64,000 nt of DNA, taken from the NCBI GenBank assembly GCA_030265395.1, contig JARFYF010000112.1, forward strand, positions 74,323,529 to 74,387,528, written 5' to 3'. The position numbers and the translations under genes are program-made. The number at the start of each line of letters is the position of its first letter. Positions within the stretch are counted from its first letter, which is position 1. Shown in pieces: positions 50,501-64,000 of the stretch. The stretch comes from Rhina ancylostomus (taxonomy: Eukaryota). Under the pieces are notes generated by a model that made no database searches, was not told where the DNA came from, and saw nothing but the letters and a program-made list of their open reading frames with translations.

Positions 50501-52129
50501 ACCAAAATATTTCTGATATACATAAATCCATAATTGTGGCTCTGCACTGTTCATTCCAGCAGTTGCTCAGGTACTAAAACTTCTCTCGCTGTTCAGTCTA
50601 AGCTGTACTGTAGCATATTCTTGTATATCCCAGGCCTCTAAGTAACATACTGTGATATACACCATACTAATTATAACATTTTCTGATTGGTACAACATAC
50701 CTACCTATAGTATACATTATATTGGACTTAAAAGTAACATCTTCCCGTGATAAGTAATTTCTTTTCTATATTCTCCCCTCCTTGCCCAAATACACTAATT
50801 ATGTGAGCCAAGTTTCACAGATATTGATGGCCCTCCAGAACTCACCTGTGGCAATTTGTCAAGTACAAAATCAAATAGATCATATGCAAGTCTAACTGGT
50901 GAATAGTTCAGCTAACGCTGAAGGAATCATCACCCATCCCTGTCCACCTGTCACTTGATAGTCATACCCTCCTTTTCTTTGTAGTAATTGAGCGGAAACC
51001 CAGTCAGATTTATGCCCACCTGAAACTATGGTTTACAAAGGTCAATTGATTTACCCAGTGTCAATCTAGTATGTTGTCGAAGTGCCTACCTGATTCTTTG
51101 ATTAATTTATAAGATTTGGGTATGGGTTTGTTTCAAGATAAATTATGTGCATTATGAGTAATACTACCAAACCCAAGAAAGGACCTGGAAGAAATTCTAA
51201 ATATCCTTCAAGTCAAATGCTTGCTTTGCAATGATTTATCATATTGTAATGATTATACCTTTCACAATGTGTAACCAACTATTCTGTCTTCTCATGGAAA
51301 CTTGTGGTCAAGAAAAAATTCCACAGATGTTAAACTCCTACAAATCAATTGTATAACACTGCTCAAAATTCTGTTTATTATAAGAAAATTTGTTGTTCTC
51401 AACTTCTCTCATTTCTCATACCTTCCAGGGTCAGGCATATAGCTGACTTTTGACAAGCTGATATTGTTGCACTGATGTACATTTCCCAACATACAGTGTC
51501 TTGAGGCAGGAGGGACAGACAAACTGCTGTTGCTACTCTCCTACAGGAACAGAACTGAAGAGTATAATTGCCCTGGGACTTTGAGCATTAGTTATCGTCT
51601 CACTACCTGTGCCATGTATCATCATTCTCTCACGTGATATTGCACTGGCAGTTAGCAGAACAAATCGTAACACAGCCAGTTCTCATAAAATATTGCAGAT
51701 TGAAGCCATTTGATCCATTGAGCCTGTGTCAGTGTGGCTGTCACTTCCAGAGGTTTTCACACTAATCCTGAATCCATATTCTTTTATCATGCTGTTTGAT
51801 ATAATTTCAGTTCCTGCCTTAGTTGTATCAATTAGTCATAGTAATGTAACCCATACCTTAATAATCTATTGTATGGAAAATTCCTTTAATGTTCCTCATT
51901 ATGTTTCCAAGCTATTCCTCACTTTTTATCATCTCAAACTATCTCATGGCTTTGAACATTTGCATTTGATCTTTTCATCTGATTGTAAAATATTGTTTTT
52001 GCAGCACAGATGGATACCCCCATGTAGGTGAGTGTGTGAAGAGTGATGGGCAGAATATAAATCAGGAAATTAAAGGTGTAAGTGTAATGATTTTATAACT
52101 CTACAAAATTTCTTCACTCAAAAGGATGT

Positions 52130-52320
52130 ATGAACATATGAAATAGAAGCAGGAGAAGGCCATTTGGCCCCTCATGTCTATTCCACCATTCAAACCAATC
52201 TTTTACTTCAATGCCTCTTTCTTACACTTATTCCATTTCCCTTCTATCAGTCTCTGTCTTGAGTATATCAGTGATGATTCACTGCCCTTTAGGTGAAGAA
52301 ATTTTTCAACAACAGCCCTC
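52130..52320 (-). mobile_element. CR1 3' tail remnant
   Basis: gaacatatgaaatagaagcaggagaaggccatttggccc...ccaccattca. Confidence 0.6.
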
Positions 52321-53699
52321 CCATAGGGATTCACAGTTAAGTGTATTCAGGGAATACTCTAACTTTGAAAGAGGGGAGCATTTGATGAAATCTTAAAAGG
52401 GATGTAGCCGGAGAACCTTCTATTGTATGCCTGAATTCTAGGGGAGCTAGTAAATCATTTTCCTGTCCTTAATATTCTTAAAGTGATATCTTGTGAGCTG
52501 TCTGGCAAGGGCTTCAGTCTCAACAAGGCTATACAATGTCGATATCACATACGTACAAACAAAAGGTTTTTTTTTACTTCATTGTTTTCTATCCTTTGGA
52601 GATTTGATTCTCTGTATGACTTCTACTACCTCTTGGGTTATGCTGGGCTCGATGATAAGCATGGTGGATGGATAAATGATAATGATTGTTCACATTGTTG
52701 TGCCTGAAGTTTTAAAACCTACTGATGAACAGAAACAGCTTTATCTTTTATGTAACCTGTAGCTTACCTGAAAGTACTTGGCAGGCTAGCACAAACCTAG
52801 CATCACCCTTCTTTTACCATGTGTAATACCCAAACTAAAGGTTTGATAGGATTAGTGAAATGTGTGCTAGAGAATCTTGAAAGCAGGGTGGGAGGGGGAA
52901 CAGAGGATTACAAAACCAACAATGTTTCAAGTTAATGCTCTTTCATTAAAACGGGTTGTAACACAGGGTTGTTGACTTTAATTTGGTTTCTCTCCATAAA
53001 TACTGACTGACCTGCTGGGTATTTGTCACTGTAAAGGGCAGGTAGTCATTCAGTCAACCATGATTTCATGTCAGTAATTTGACCAGAAGTTATTTTGGTA
53101 GCACATATCTAGTCAACTGTTACAACTTAGAGGCAGGTGATGCACATGCATTTGGCATTGCATTTAATATTATGTCCCTAATGTGCTCAAGTTTCAGGGT
53201 AATGATGAAGTTATGCAACATAAGATAATGTAAACCAATCACTTTCTTAAAAAGAAAGTTGCAGAAGAATTGAGTTCCTCGAGCAGTTCATATTTTGCTG
53301 GAGAATATTCGTAATAGCATTGTCACATTGAAATATATTTGATGCTTAAAGGGATTCTACCTGTGTTGAAATTACCTAGTTGCTATACTGCCAAATAACA
53401 GAGGTGCAGGTTTATATTTAAGCCGGAGGATCTCATTGGAGAGGAGGCTCGATCTCACCAGGAGAGAGGAAGTAAATTAGATAGAGTTGTCTCTAGGCTG
53501 CAATTGTTCACCTCCAAACAGCTGTTCGGAACAGAGCTCTGGCACAGATCATCCACCTGCATTCTCAGCTGCAGTTAGCATGTGGTGTAGAGAAACCAGA
53601 GACTAAGGAGAAAATAGAGGAAATAATACTCATGAAGATTAACAGTTGATGTCTCAGCAAGTCAATGCACCACTGGATACTGAGTAATATTATACAGAA

Positions 53700-54050
53700 A
53701 TACTTTCTGTCTGTCTTTAGTCTCCACTGAATTAGTTGATCTCGGTTGAAGGAGCACTAGGGAGCTATGAGCTGAGCTCAATGTCCCTGAGCGAAAAAGA
53801 GGTCAACCTGGGTTCTCACTCCAGATCACTTTCAAGTGACTCTGGCTGAATAGTGCATGTTTGTGGGTGTTGGATGAGAATAGAAACAGTCTTAACTCTG
53901 TTGCATCCCACAGCCAATAGCTCACCATTGCTTATTATTTAGGCTTGTACGCAAAGGATGGAAACTTAGACGTGGTAACATTGTTGTTGGCATCTGTGAA
54001 ATCCTACTCAGAAAAGTTTCATTTTCTGTGAGAAGGGAGGATAATGAACA
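53700..54050 (+). mobile_element. Old SINE-like repeat remnant
   Basis: caacctgggttctcactccagatcactttcaagtgactctggctg...gtgttggatgagaatag resembles a common elasmobranch interspersed repeat. The family is not assigned. Confidence 0.35.
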
Positions 54051-56808
54051 GAAGATAAAATTAGGAACCTCACCCTTGCCTCCCCACCCACCCCCATTCT
54101 CACTGACAAGAAGTGAAGAGAGAATGAGTACATAGATAGTATGAACTTGCTGTTGCTGCCAACATGGCTACACTACACACTGAAACCTTCAGGATATTCT
54201 GTTATTAAATGGACCAGAAACTTGAAATTCCCCAACAAAGAAACTCCTTCCTATCAAGCCCCACAATGAATCAACTGTGCTCCTTTAATTTGAAGAACAG
54301 CCTCTTCATGAACAAGGGGGTAGCAAACTTCCTAATGGGAAGAGGAAGAGTCAGTTACCATTTGTCAATTTTGCTACTATGATGTCAAACTGAAAAACAA
54401 TCATTCTAAATACTTAACTGCTTAGTAAACTTCTTTGTTTTCTTTAATGAGAAGATTGATCTGTTTCTATTTTAGTAATGCATAAAGAAATAATAATAGC
54501 ATTGAGTATAAAATAATCACAAGATGTATCAATCAATTCTCTTGAATGCTAAAGTGCATTTTAAGTTAAACAGAAAAGCTGGGAAATGTAAACCATTATC
54601 ATTTTAGTTTGTACTCAACACTGGAATTTGTGATATTGTTTTGAAGAAATTAATCCACTGTTTTTCAGATGCAGATGTGCATTTCCTTTTTCAGAATTTT
54701 TTTAAATCTGAGAAAGTAGAACCTTCAGGGAAACAAAAAAGAAAGAAAGCCTCCTATAGTATTGATTCATAAGTAAAAGAACGAAAGTAAGAACCATAAA
54801 ACCTGCACACTCCATGAAGAGTAATGCTTATTGACATGAACTGCAAGCAAGACAACATTCATTGCAATCACAAATGTTATCTGGAGATTAAGTCAAACAG
54901 AGCAATTCACTTTGCATTCATTTATGTTGTGTGGATTTTGACGGATCAAGTCTCTTATTCTTATATTGTTCCAAATTCAAATGAATCATTGTATCAAATT
55001 CCTAATCGAACAGTTAAAATGAAATACAAGTATTATCCTGGTACTCAATTGTCAATCAGATTTTCCGGTTAAATCACTCGATGAAACGTGTTTGATCCAC
55101 ATGTATCACATCTGGAGTCAGCAATACAATTTAGAAGATTGTCATTTTTATGTTTATAAAATGTTTATTCCTCTCCATTCCATATTTTCCTCAATTTTCT
55201 AATCTCTATGCAATCTAGAAACTTTAGGATAAACAAGTTTAGCATTTACCTTCTCTACAATTATCACTAGTGCCTTACATAATGGACCAAGGTCATTCAC
55301 TTGATCTTCTCAAGTGGAAAAAAGGATAATTTTGCATTAATTAATGGTTTCATTTCACCATAACTTAATAACTAGCCTTTGTCAGGAACAAAATGTGAGG
55401 TTTTCTCCCTCAACTTTTATATTCATCCGAATTCTATTGTCATTTTCTTTTTAGTAAACAGTCTTTGATTGTTCTCAAAATTCAGATGTGTTAAACATTA
55501 GCAACAGATGTTACAATCAAGTGACTGATCCAGATTTTGATCTTAAATGCATGCAGTGCATTCAACAGTACAATAAACCAAAATTCCTTACCTCAACCCT
55601 AAAGGAAACAGAATCACTGTTCTTTGTTTAACTCCAGTTTGTGTGTGATAAGATTTAAACTCAAATCAATTTCCATTTCAGAAATCAGTTGCCTCCTGTC
55701 TTTCTCTGTTGCTTTAAGCTAATATTGCTTGCAGTGCAGACATTCAGCAAAGACCTCTGCCTCTGGGGTTAGATTTGGCGTACTGTGCAAGATCCAGACT
55801 GTTGGAATCTCTCTACTTCTATGCTCGTGAACTCCAGCTATGTTTGAATACTTGTTCCTTGCTGGCTGTGTGGGAGTTTGCATTTTAAATCACAGTTTCC
55901 CTAAGATGGGTTTGAAAGGTTTCCCCTATGGTCCTAGTGCCCGAAAGCTCTGTTCTGAATTACAAATACAGCTTCAACTATGGATGCTTCATTCCACATT
56001 GTTACAGTCATCAAGATTTTGCCATGTTCCATATGTTTTAACAGGCACCTTGAGATGTTGTACTCCATTAAAGGGACTATATAACTGTGAGCTGCTTCAT
56101 AAGCAATTTAATTTATTTTGGTGTTTGCATTATTGTGTTTGTAGTTTATTCCTTTGAAAAAATTCAAATTTATTGTATATTAAAGCATGTTCCAAAGATC
56201 CTTTTGTTCAAATAAACAGTTTTAAACACTTCTGCATTACGTGCTTTGTCACTTCATATTTATAATATCCTGCCAGTTCTGAGGAATCTTTAGCTCTGTA
56301 ATACTCTTCCTAACAGTCTAAGTTACTTTAGTGCCCTGTAGGACATGGAAATAAATTTTGGTCCCTCAGTTGACATTTGAAGACAATGAAAATAGTGGAA
56401 CGATGGATTCACTGAGGAATTGGTGATAAAAAATTTGGCACATTGAAGGAGCAGAGATTATATAGTCAGCAGTTCTATTTTTTTCGATCAACAAAAATAA
56501 ACTGAAACCTGACGCCAGGACAGATGTCAAAAGAAATTTTGCATCTTTTCAATGGATTTCTATTTCTGCCACAATCCTTCCACTTCTGGTCTCACTACTG
56601 TATAGATACATGAATTCTTGGCTTGCAAAGAATAGATTACTAATGAATATTCCAGTGTAAGCAGTTCAGTTGAACTGTGCAGTTATATAAATTGACACAG
56701 GCATAGTATGAGCATTGGTTAATATGTAATCTATTAGCTGTAGTTGGCAGTTTTGTTTTGCACAAATGCAGAAAATTGAATGGAGATAGTGATGGATATA
56801 TTGTATAT

Positions 56809-57061
56809 TGTAGCGACTTACTGTTCACGAACCGGCTCCCATGATCGTGAGCGTTGTTGGAGGCCCCGATACAAGATGGCGCGGGGCACTCCTTCTTCAT
56901 TGGGCTAGGGGAGCCCGCGCGCGGGAAGGTCACGTGTCCCGTGAGTGCCATCAGTGTGGGAACTGTGTTTATTAAAGGGGCAGCGCACCCCAGTCATGGA
57001 TTCAACTCTTTGACTTCAAACAAGTGTCTCGTGTCTTTATTCAATATAGCTAGCCAATACA
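56809..57061. mobile_element. Solo LTR (253 bp), Gypsy/ERV type
   Basis: Termini TGTA...TACA, flanked by the direct repeat ATAT (56805-56808 and 57062-57065). The interior is CpG-rich with ATTAAA at 56971 and a downstream GT-rich gtgtctcgtgtc. Confidence 0.8.
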
Positions 57062-58666
57062 ATATTTACACATGAACATGGATAAAAGTAAATCCAATGA
57101 CAATTTGTGTTCATTTAATGCCACTAAAATAAAAAAGGAATTTAATTCAAATATGAAAGAAGCACTGAAGATCAAATATATTAGTGAAACATATCTAGAA
57201 TGTTTTTGAAGCAGCGTGAAAGTTAATAAGGGAAATGGATTTTACCAACATCTTTGAAATGTCCAATGTTCTAGTTCTGGCAGATTACACCAGACCTAGG
57301 TAATGTCTGAACAACTTCCAGATTAAGAAATTTAAAATAATAACTGATGATGTAACTGTCCTTTAATAAGAACAGATACTGGCATGAGACCAGAATATTT
57401 CCTTCTTTTGAAGAGTTTAAGCTTTTACTAGTGTTACAAGATCTCCCAAGAGAGGTTTGATATTACAAGGAGAAGTCCCTTGAGGGTGCTTAACTAAATT
57501 TAAATATTAATTTTAATATTTGTCACCTTTTATTAGTCAGAATATGACATCAGTATTGAGTGAAGAGGTAGGTGCAACTTTAATTTAAAAGGTAGCACTT
57601 GGGTGCACCTTGGAATTGCAGTTGGAAAAGTATTTTTCTGTGATGAAGTCTATGACTGATGTGAGCAACCTTTTGGCTAGAAATGACCAAACTCATTAGA
57701 AAATGGAGAATAACTTTTGAGCAGGGCTATGAATCATTAATGAAAATATTTTCAACTTAAGGCAGAGAATTCAAAAGAACAAGGTAGCCTTGAGGGATGG
57801 CTTTTAAAATTTTTTTCCTATATGCATATTTTACCTTGGGAACCATCCTACCCCTTCTAGTGCTGCTGTGAGGCTTATAGGAAACCTCATTCTTCATTCT
57901 CCAGTTGCAGGATTAAGGCTCTCTACCCTTGGGCAAAACAATATTCTGATGTGTGCTAGATTTATGAGTGCAGATCTGGTTACCAGTAGGTGTAGCTCAG
58001 TTTTTCAATTAGTGTGTATTCTTTCCTCAGCTGACCCCTCATCACCATATGTTAGTCTTGTAAGTGAATGGCTGTGGGAAAACCTGCCTCATCTTTTTGA
58101 TTCTGTTTTTAATTCTTCTTCTAAGGCAAGGTTTCCTTTCATTCCAGCACAAGCGTTACTGGCAGTTTGGATTCCCTGAGACTAGACAGTATTTAACCTC
58201 AGATTAACAGTGCTTTTATCATCAGCCCTTCAACATAAAGAAGTTCCCTCCAAAATGCTTTGCATTTTTTTTAGTGAAGAATGTCTTCACCAAAACTGAC
58301 ACTCCCTGTAAATGTTATTTTAATGTCTGATCTTGCCCCAGCAACAAACTGAAACATTGAAAATTGTTTTGTTCATAGCTGGTGCAAGAAGTCAGACACT
58401 TCTTGAGTTAAAAGCTCTGCGTGTGTGTGAGAGGGGAAGAGAGAGTGTTTGTTTCCATATGTTTTCAGTCATAGTTATTGTTTAGCTTGACTGTATATAT
58501 TTAGATTTGCTGTGTCTTGTTTCCTTTACATGCAAAATGTGTTTGATAAAAAGATATGATCCATTCAAGTCTAATGCTGTACAGCATGTGTCCCATTGTC
58601 AACTCCTGTGCAAATTTGGACCATGTCTCACATGGCTGAGATTTATACTAAATTCCACAAGACCAC

Positions 58667-59397
58667 GAGGTAATGTTGCCACTCCATAAAACTTTGGTTA
58701 GACCACGCTTGGGAGTATTGTGTTCAGTTCTGGTCACCTCATTATAGGAAGGATGTGGAAGCTTTAGAGAGGGTGCAGAGGAGATTNNNNNNNNNNNNNN
58801 NNNNNNNNNNNNNNNNNNNNNNNNNNNNNNNNNNNNNNNNNNNNNNNNNNNNNNNNNNNNNNNNNNNNNNNNNNNNNNNNNNNNNNTATAGGAAGGATGT
58901 GGAAGCTTTAGAGAGGGTGCAGAGGAGATTTACCAAGATGCAGCCTGAATTAGAGAACATGTCTTATGAGGAAAGGTTTAGCAAGCTGGGGCTTTTCTCT
59001 TTGGAGCGACGTAGGATGAGAGGTGACTTGATGGAGGTGTAAAAGATTATGAGGGCATAGGTAGAGTGGACAGCCAGCGCCTTTTCCCCAGGGTGGCAAT
59101 GGCCAATACAAGAGGACATCAGTTTAAGGTCAGAGGAGGAAAGTTTAAGGGAGATGTCAGAGGTAGGTTTTTTTACACAGTGGTGGGTGCCTTGAATGCA
59201 CTGCCAGGGGTGGTGGTAGAGGCTGATACAAAAGGGATATTTAAAAGACTCTCAGTTAGGCACATGGATGTAAGAAAAATGGAAGAGTATGGGCTGCTTA
59301 GGAAAGGAAGGGTTAGATTGATCATAGGGTAGATTTATATACTTGGCACAACATCATGGCCCAAAGGGCCATTACTGTGCTGTACTGTTCTATGTTC
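58667..59397 (+). mobile_element. CR1 LINE 3' fragment
   Basis: [34 protein letters not shown]...KLGLFSLERRRMRGDLMEV, then TRGHQFKVRG, and tail ggcccaaagggcc...gtgctgtactgttctatgttc. Confidence 0.93.
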
Positions 59398-59588
59398 AAA
59401 TATTTCCATAGAACTATTTTGACATCAACTTCACCAGAGAAGCATCAGAACCTCTATAAACTGGGTTTTCATTTCAGGCAATGTTACAGTAGAATACAGC
59501 TTCAGTCAGAATTTCTGGCCTAGGTAAAATGTGCCTTGATTTGCTTTCAGTGAGAGATTCGTATAAACCCCACAGTACCAGAATAGTA

Positions 59589-59614
59589 TGTGCGTGTGTG
59601 TGTGTGTGTGTGTG
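59589..59614. repeat. (TG)n microsatellite
   Basis: tgtgcgtgtgtgtgtgtgtgtgtgtg seen directly. Confidence 0.9.
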
Positions 59615-60784
59615 CCTTGGTCCCACCTCTACACTTAAAGCATGCTTGGAATAAAATGGAATGATTTAACTTCAGTGCAAATTCATTCAATGTGTGTCAC
59701 TTTTCAGGATTTTGGGCCCTACCTGCCATAGAGTGAAGTTGTTGTAAAATGTGTTCAAAATCACTTTGCTCCTAAGTGAAATTGTGAATTTGCACAGCTT
59801 ACAGCTGTAAATTATACTTTAGACATACTATCCAAAAGCTCTCGTTGTAGACAACAAGAGCATCAAGTAATCATTTGATTTCAGTTTTGCTGCATCAACT
59901 CTTCATTTGAATTCAGCAGGGCTGTCTGCCAAGCTAAGCTGGGAATGAAGCTCTTGAAATGGGTGTGCTGGGCAATTTTACTAAAAGCTGGGTCAAGATT
60001 CCTGGCTTTTTAAAAAGGGAGAGCTGTAAATACATTGAATAAAGTTCATTCAGTGAGTTGTTTTTTTCCAAGGTAACAGCCAGGTCATAAGTAACAAAAA
60101 AAAGTGAAACTCTACATAGAGTATATTTGAAATAAAAGGGGATATTTAAACTTAGTACAAATAAGTTCAAGTTTCAGGTTCTACCTGCCATGTAGTAAAA
60201 TGTTTTAAAAGATTGTGATAAATTTAACTAGTTTGCAAGTAAAAAATATATTCTAGAGTATCTATAATGATGCTTAATGGGTAATGAGAGCAGTTTGGCA
60301 TTCAAGTGATCATTTAAGCTTGCTATATCAATTCTCTTTATTTGAATTAAACTGGGCTGTTATCCTGTATGTTTATTCACTGTGAATTAAAGTAGCTTAA
60401 TGGTTTGTTACATGTCTCAATGTCTTTAGAATGATTCACACAAGATATGTTTCCAGTCCAGATTACAAAAGGAGTTGCATGTTGCATTGCAGAGGTATAT
60501 AAGTATACAGAGTTCAGGATAAGTCAAATTCCTTCAGAGTAAATGTGAACATCACAGAGCTTGAGAAAGTATCAATGACAGGCTGAACTTGTACCTCTAT
60601 GATTCTATTTAAATCTATTTGTACGCTAATAAGTGTGAATAGGCACAAGTGATTATTCCACTTTACCTGGTGTGTGTTGTACATGTGGATGAGACATGAA
60701 TAACGATCAGACTGGAATTAAATCTCCCCTCTTTAGTAGACAATGGGATAGTTCATAAGAACATGGGAACAAGAAATATAAGCC

Positions 60785-60973
60785 ACTGAAGGTCAATTTG
60801 CATTTGTGTACAATTCTGTTCATCGCATCACAGAAAGGATGTGAGACTCCAGGGGTAATTCAATGTGGATGGTTCCTGGGATGTAACTACTGTTAGAAGG
60901 ATAGATTAGAGAGGCCAAGACTGTTTGCTTCAGGCTGAGGAGAGGCTTAATAAAGGTATATAAAATACTGAGG
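60785..60973 (+). mobile_element. CR1 remnant
   Basis: tgtgtacaattctgttcatcgcatcacagaaaggatgtg...ggagaggcttaataaaggtatataaaatactgagg; it runs into a gap. Confidence 0.55.
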
Positions 60974-63900
60974 NNNNNNNNNNNNNNNNNNNNNNNNNNN
61001 NNNNNNNNNNNNNNNNNNNNNNNNNNNNNNNNNNNNNNNNNNNNNNNNNNNNNNNNNNNNNNNNNNNNNNNNNNNNNNNNNNNNNNNNNNNNNNNNNNNN
61101 NNNNNNNNNNNNNNNNNNNNNNNNNNNNNNNNNNNNNNNNNNNNNNNNNNNNNNNNNNNNNNNNNNNNNNNNNNNNNNNNNNNNNNNNNNNNNNNNNNNN
61201 NNNNNNNNNNNNNNNNNNNNNNNNNNNNNNNNNNNNNNNNNNNNNNNNNNNNNNNNNNNNNNNNNNNNNNNNNNNNNNNNNNNNNNNNNNNNNNNNNNNN
61301 NNNNNNNNNNNNNNNNNNNNNNNNNNNNNNNNNNNNNNNNNNNNNNNNNNNNNNNNNNNNNNNNNNNNNNNNNNNNNNNNNNNNNNNNNNNNNNNNNNNN
61401 NNNNNNNNNNNNNNNNNNNNTCTTGTTCTCTGTGAGATCATCCATCAATTTTCCTCAGCATAAAATATAGTAACTCCTTTGTTACAACTCCCCCACATAC
61501 TCTATGTAGATTGTACTGTAATGAGGTGATTTCACCCACCTACCTGTTCCTACTTGGTCTCCAGCATTGTTCTCAACTATCTGTAACTTCACAGCATGTG
61601 GGAGCCTAGAATCTAGATGGCAGTTTTCAGAGCTGCTTTCAAATCTGTCTGGTGTATCAGGGCTCTATTACAATGTTTCAAGTGGTGGGGGAGGTGGTTG
61701 TATACTTGAAGTTATTGTTGTGTGCCCAAGCTAGAAGCTGACTTCTTGTACTTGCTGCCAAGTTCCAGCATTTTCCTGGATCACCATTATCTGCTCTTAC
61801 TAACTTGCGCTGACAGTTCCATCAAACCTGGATTGCTCTAATTCATGGCCTAAATCAACCAGGGGGTAAATACTATGCAGGTACTTAGGAAGGGTGGAGC
61901 ACAGGATATTGCTTCCAAGAAGGGATTTCCCTCTCAGGAATGTTCTTCAGGGAATTGTTCTGCAGAGGGATGTAAAAGAAAGTGTGGGCATACCTAAGAA
62001 GTTCAACCATATCTCTTCAGCTCACCGTGTAAAGAATTTTGGAATTTTCTTTCTTTTTTTGTTCTTGCCACATCAACTCAGAATTCTGAGCAGGTGATTG
62101 AACTACATGGCAATCCTATCAACATGACAAACCTACATTCTGCTGCATTTTTGGTCTTATTAAATGAGAGAGTTCCTGAGTTTGCAATTGCAAGCATGTA
62201 GGATCAAAATATATTGTGACTACAGAAAGCCAATGGTGAGCGCATTATGAAAGAATTGTGATTATGGTGTGGCCTCATGAATAGAAACATTGTGCTGCTT
62301 AGGAAAGAAGAATTCATGGTCTTGAGACAGGTGGAAAGAAGTTTGCTGGGTATTTTGCGGAAATGTGGAGAAGTGATGAGCTCCCTGAGATGCTCATGCC
62401 AGACATCGAAACATTTGCTACATTAAATCTGGTCCTGCTGGTGATACTGCTATGTCTTAGAAGTCCAGCCAGTTGTCTTCAGACCACTATGTGAAAATCT
62501 TCAGAATTTTCTTCCTTTTCTGGTCCTTATCCTGACCTCTTCCATTAAGACCTCCCAAACAGGTGATTGAAATAGGTGGCTATTTAGCTAATACAAAGGA
62601 TCTACAGTCTGCCAAGGTTTTGGTCATCAGTCAGGTGGAAGTGAATGCAACTTTCCATTGGATTCATGAATGATTAAAATACTCCTTGATTCATTATAGT
62701 ATCCTGCCCCACAAACGAACAGGTAGCTTGCTCTGATGCAATTAAGTAGCCCTCTTATCGTAATTAGCCAATTAAAATCAGCCAATTTCTTAACATCATG
62801 TAGATTTGTTGCCCTTTACCCCTTAACCCACACCACCTGAATCTTGTTCCAGCAAGATGTATGATGCAACGTGTGCTTTAGAGTGCATGTTACCACTCCC
62901 TCATTGGAAAATGGGGTTCATGATTTAACTGGTGCTGCAGGGTTGCATTGCTGTCCTTCAGAAAAGAAATGAAATCCTCTCCCACGACACCTTGATAAAT
63001 TCACTGATTCCATGCTCCTTGTGAGGCGTTGCTTGCAAAAAAAAAGCTTGGATCAGAAAAATGGAACTCTTTTGTTGTAACCTTAATTCAGTACTTGTTT
63101 GTTTTGAATATTGAGTGCAGGGTTGTAAAATGTTAGCTTACTTGAAAAATAGCAAGGAATTCTACTAAGCCTTTGCATTATCCCCTCAGACATAACTACC
63201 CCCAAATAAATTAACTGATCACTGAATTCTTTCTGTCATTAAAAGCAACATCTTTTTGACTATTTCTTAGTAAAGAGTTTTAGGTTTTGCTGACACGTGT
63301 TAAAGCAATGAATAAATACAACTATTTTCCTTCAGATTCTGTAGGCCACATTATCTTAAGTTTTAAGTTTTATTGATGTTAATAAATGTGGAAGGGATCA
63401 TCCATCAAACTTGTCAGAACGCTTGGCAGCTACCTTTCATGGTCAATGTTAATATTGATATGTCTTGTTTAGAAATGGCAGACTCACACTAGTGCTGCAT
63501 TTTCACTGTGACAAATGATAATCTTGCTAAAATCCCCAATGAGTCTTCTGTAATGGGCTTAGTCAACCTATCTTGCTACACCACACTGCCCCTTGATAAA
63601 AGATTTGCAAGGAAAACATGGATAAATTTCCATACCTCAGGAGCCACCTCTCAGTGAAGACTGACACATGGAGGCCAAGTGAAAATATTGTCTGAAAAGC
63701 ATAAGAACTTCCCAAACATCCCATTTCTGCACCTGTGGCAGAGTCTGCAGATCCTGCATGGGCCTTCTCAACAACTTCATAACCCACAGAACCATAGTCG
63801 AAGCAAATCATTCTCAAACCCAGGGGAGTGCATAAGAGAAGAAAAAGCAGAAGAATCACATGTTTTTTTTGTCAAAACTGCAGAGAACAACTTGTATTTA

Positions 63901-64000
63901 ATCATGAAAGATAAAGATTTGCTATAGAACATCTGTCATATCTTCAGTACAAACTTTTACTACTTAGAGCAATGTTTATACATCAATTTCTTGAAATTCT

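Noticed and set aside
58743-58930. Duplicated [14 protein letters not shown] segment inside a CR1
   Set aside because: Identical sequence on both sides of a 100-N gap, so a scaffolding artifact.
43000-64000. Search for exons of an expected neighbour such as a malic enzyme gene
   Set aside because: No translated segment resembling a malic enzyme or any other known protein was recognised. Small exons could have been missed by eye.

Overview
Eukaryotic, AT-rich, CpG-depleted vertebrate genomic DNA with many assembly gaps. The repeat content (CR1 LINEs, V-domain and Deu-domain tRNA SINEs, Penelope-like elements, RTE) points to a cartilaginous fish, probably a batoid (inference). Two protein-coding genes face each other tail-to-tail. 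The first is a 3-exon Rab38/Rab32-subfamily GTPase on the + strand (CDS 1563-1764, 21270-21550, 26510-26665; 212 aa). The second is a single-coding-exon PRSS23-like serine protease on the - strand (35732-34611; 373 aa, catalytic triad intact). The rest is intronic or intergenic DNA with nested, decayed retroelements. The most notable points are: (1) the gene pair sits together without FZD4/TMEM135 between them and both proteins look divergent, suggesting a separate 2R paralogous block; (2) a CpG-rich 253-bp solo LTR with a 4-bp target-site duplication; (3) a decayed codon-biased reading frame next to an LTR-like TATA/polyA module in Rab intron 1; (4) several fold-back elements in the same intron. 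I found no support for a wholly new multi-gene system. Nearly all short ORFs in the track are spurious or transposon-derived. Family assignments come from recalled motifs, not database searches.
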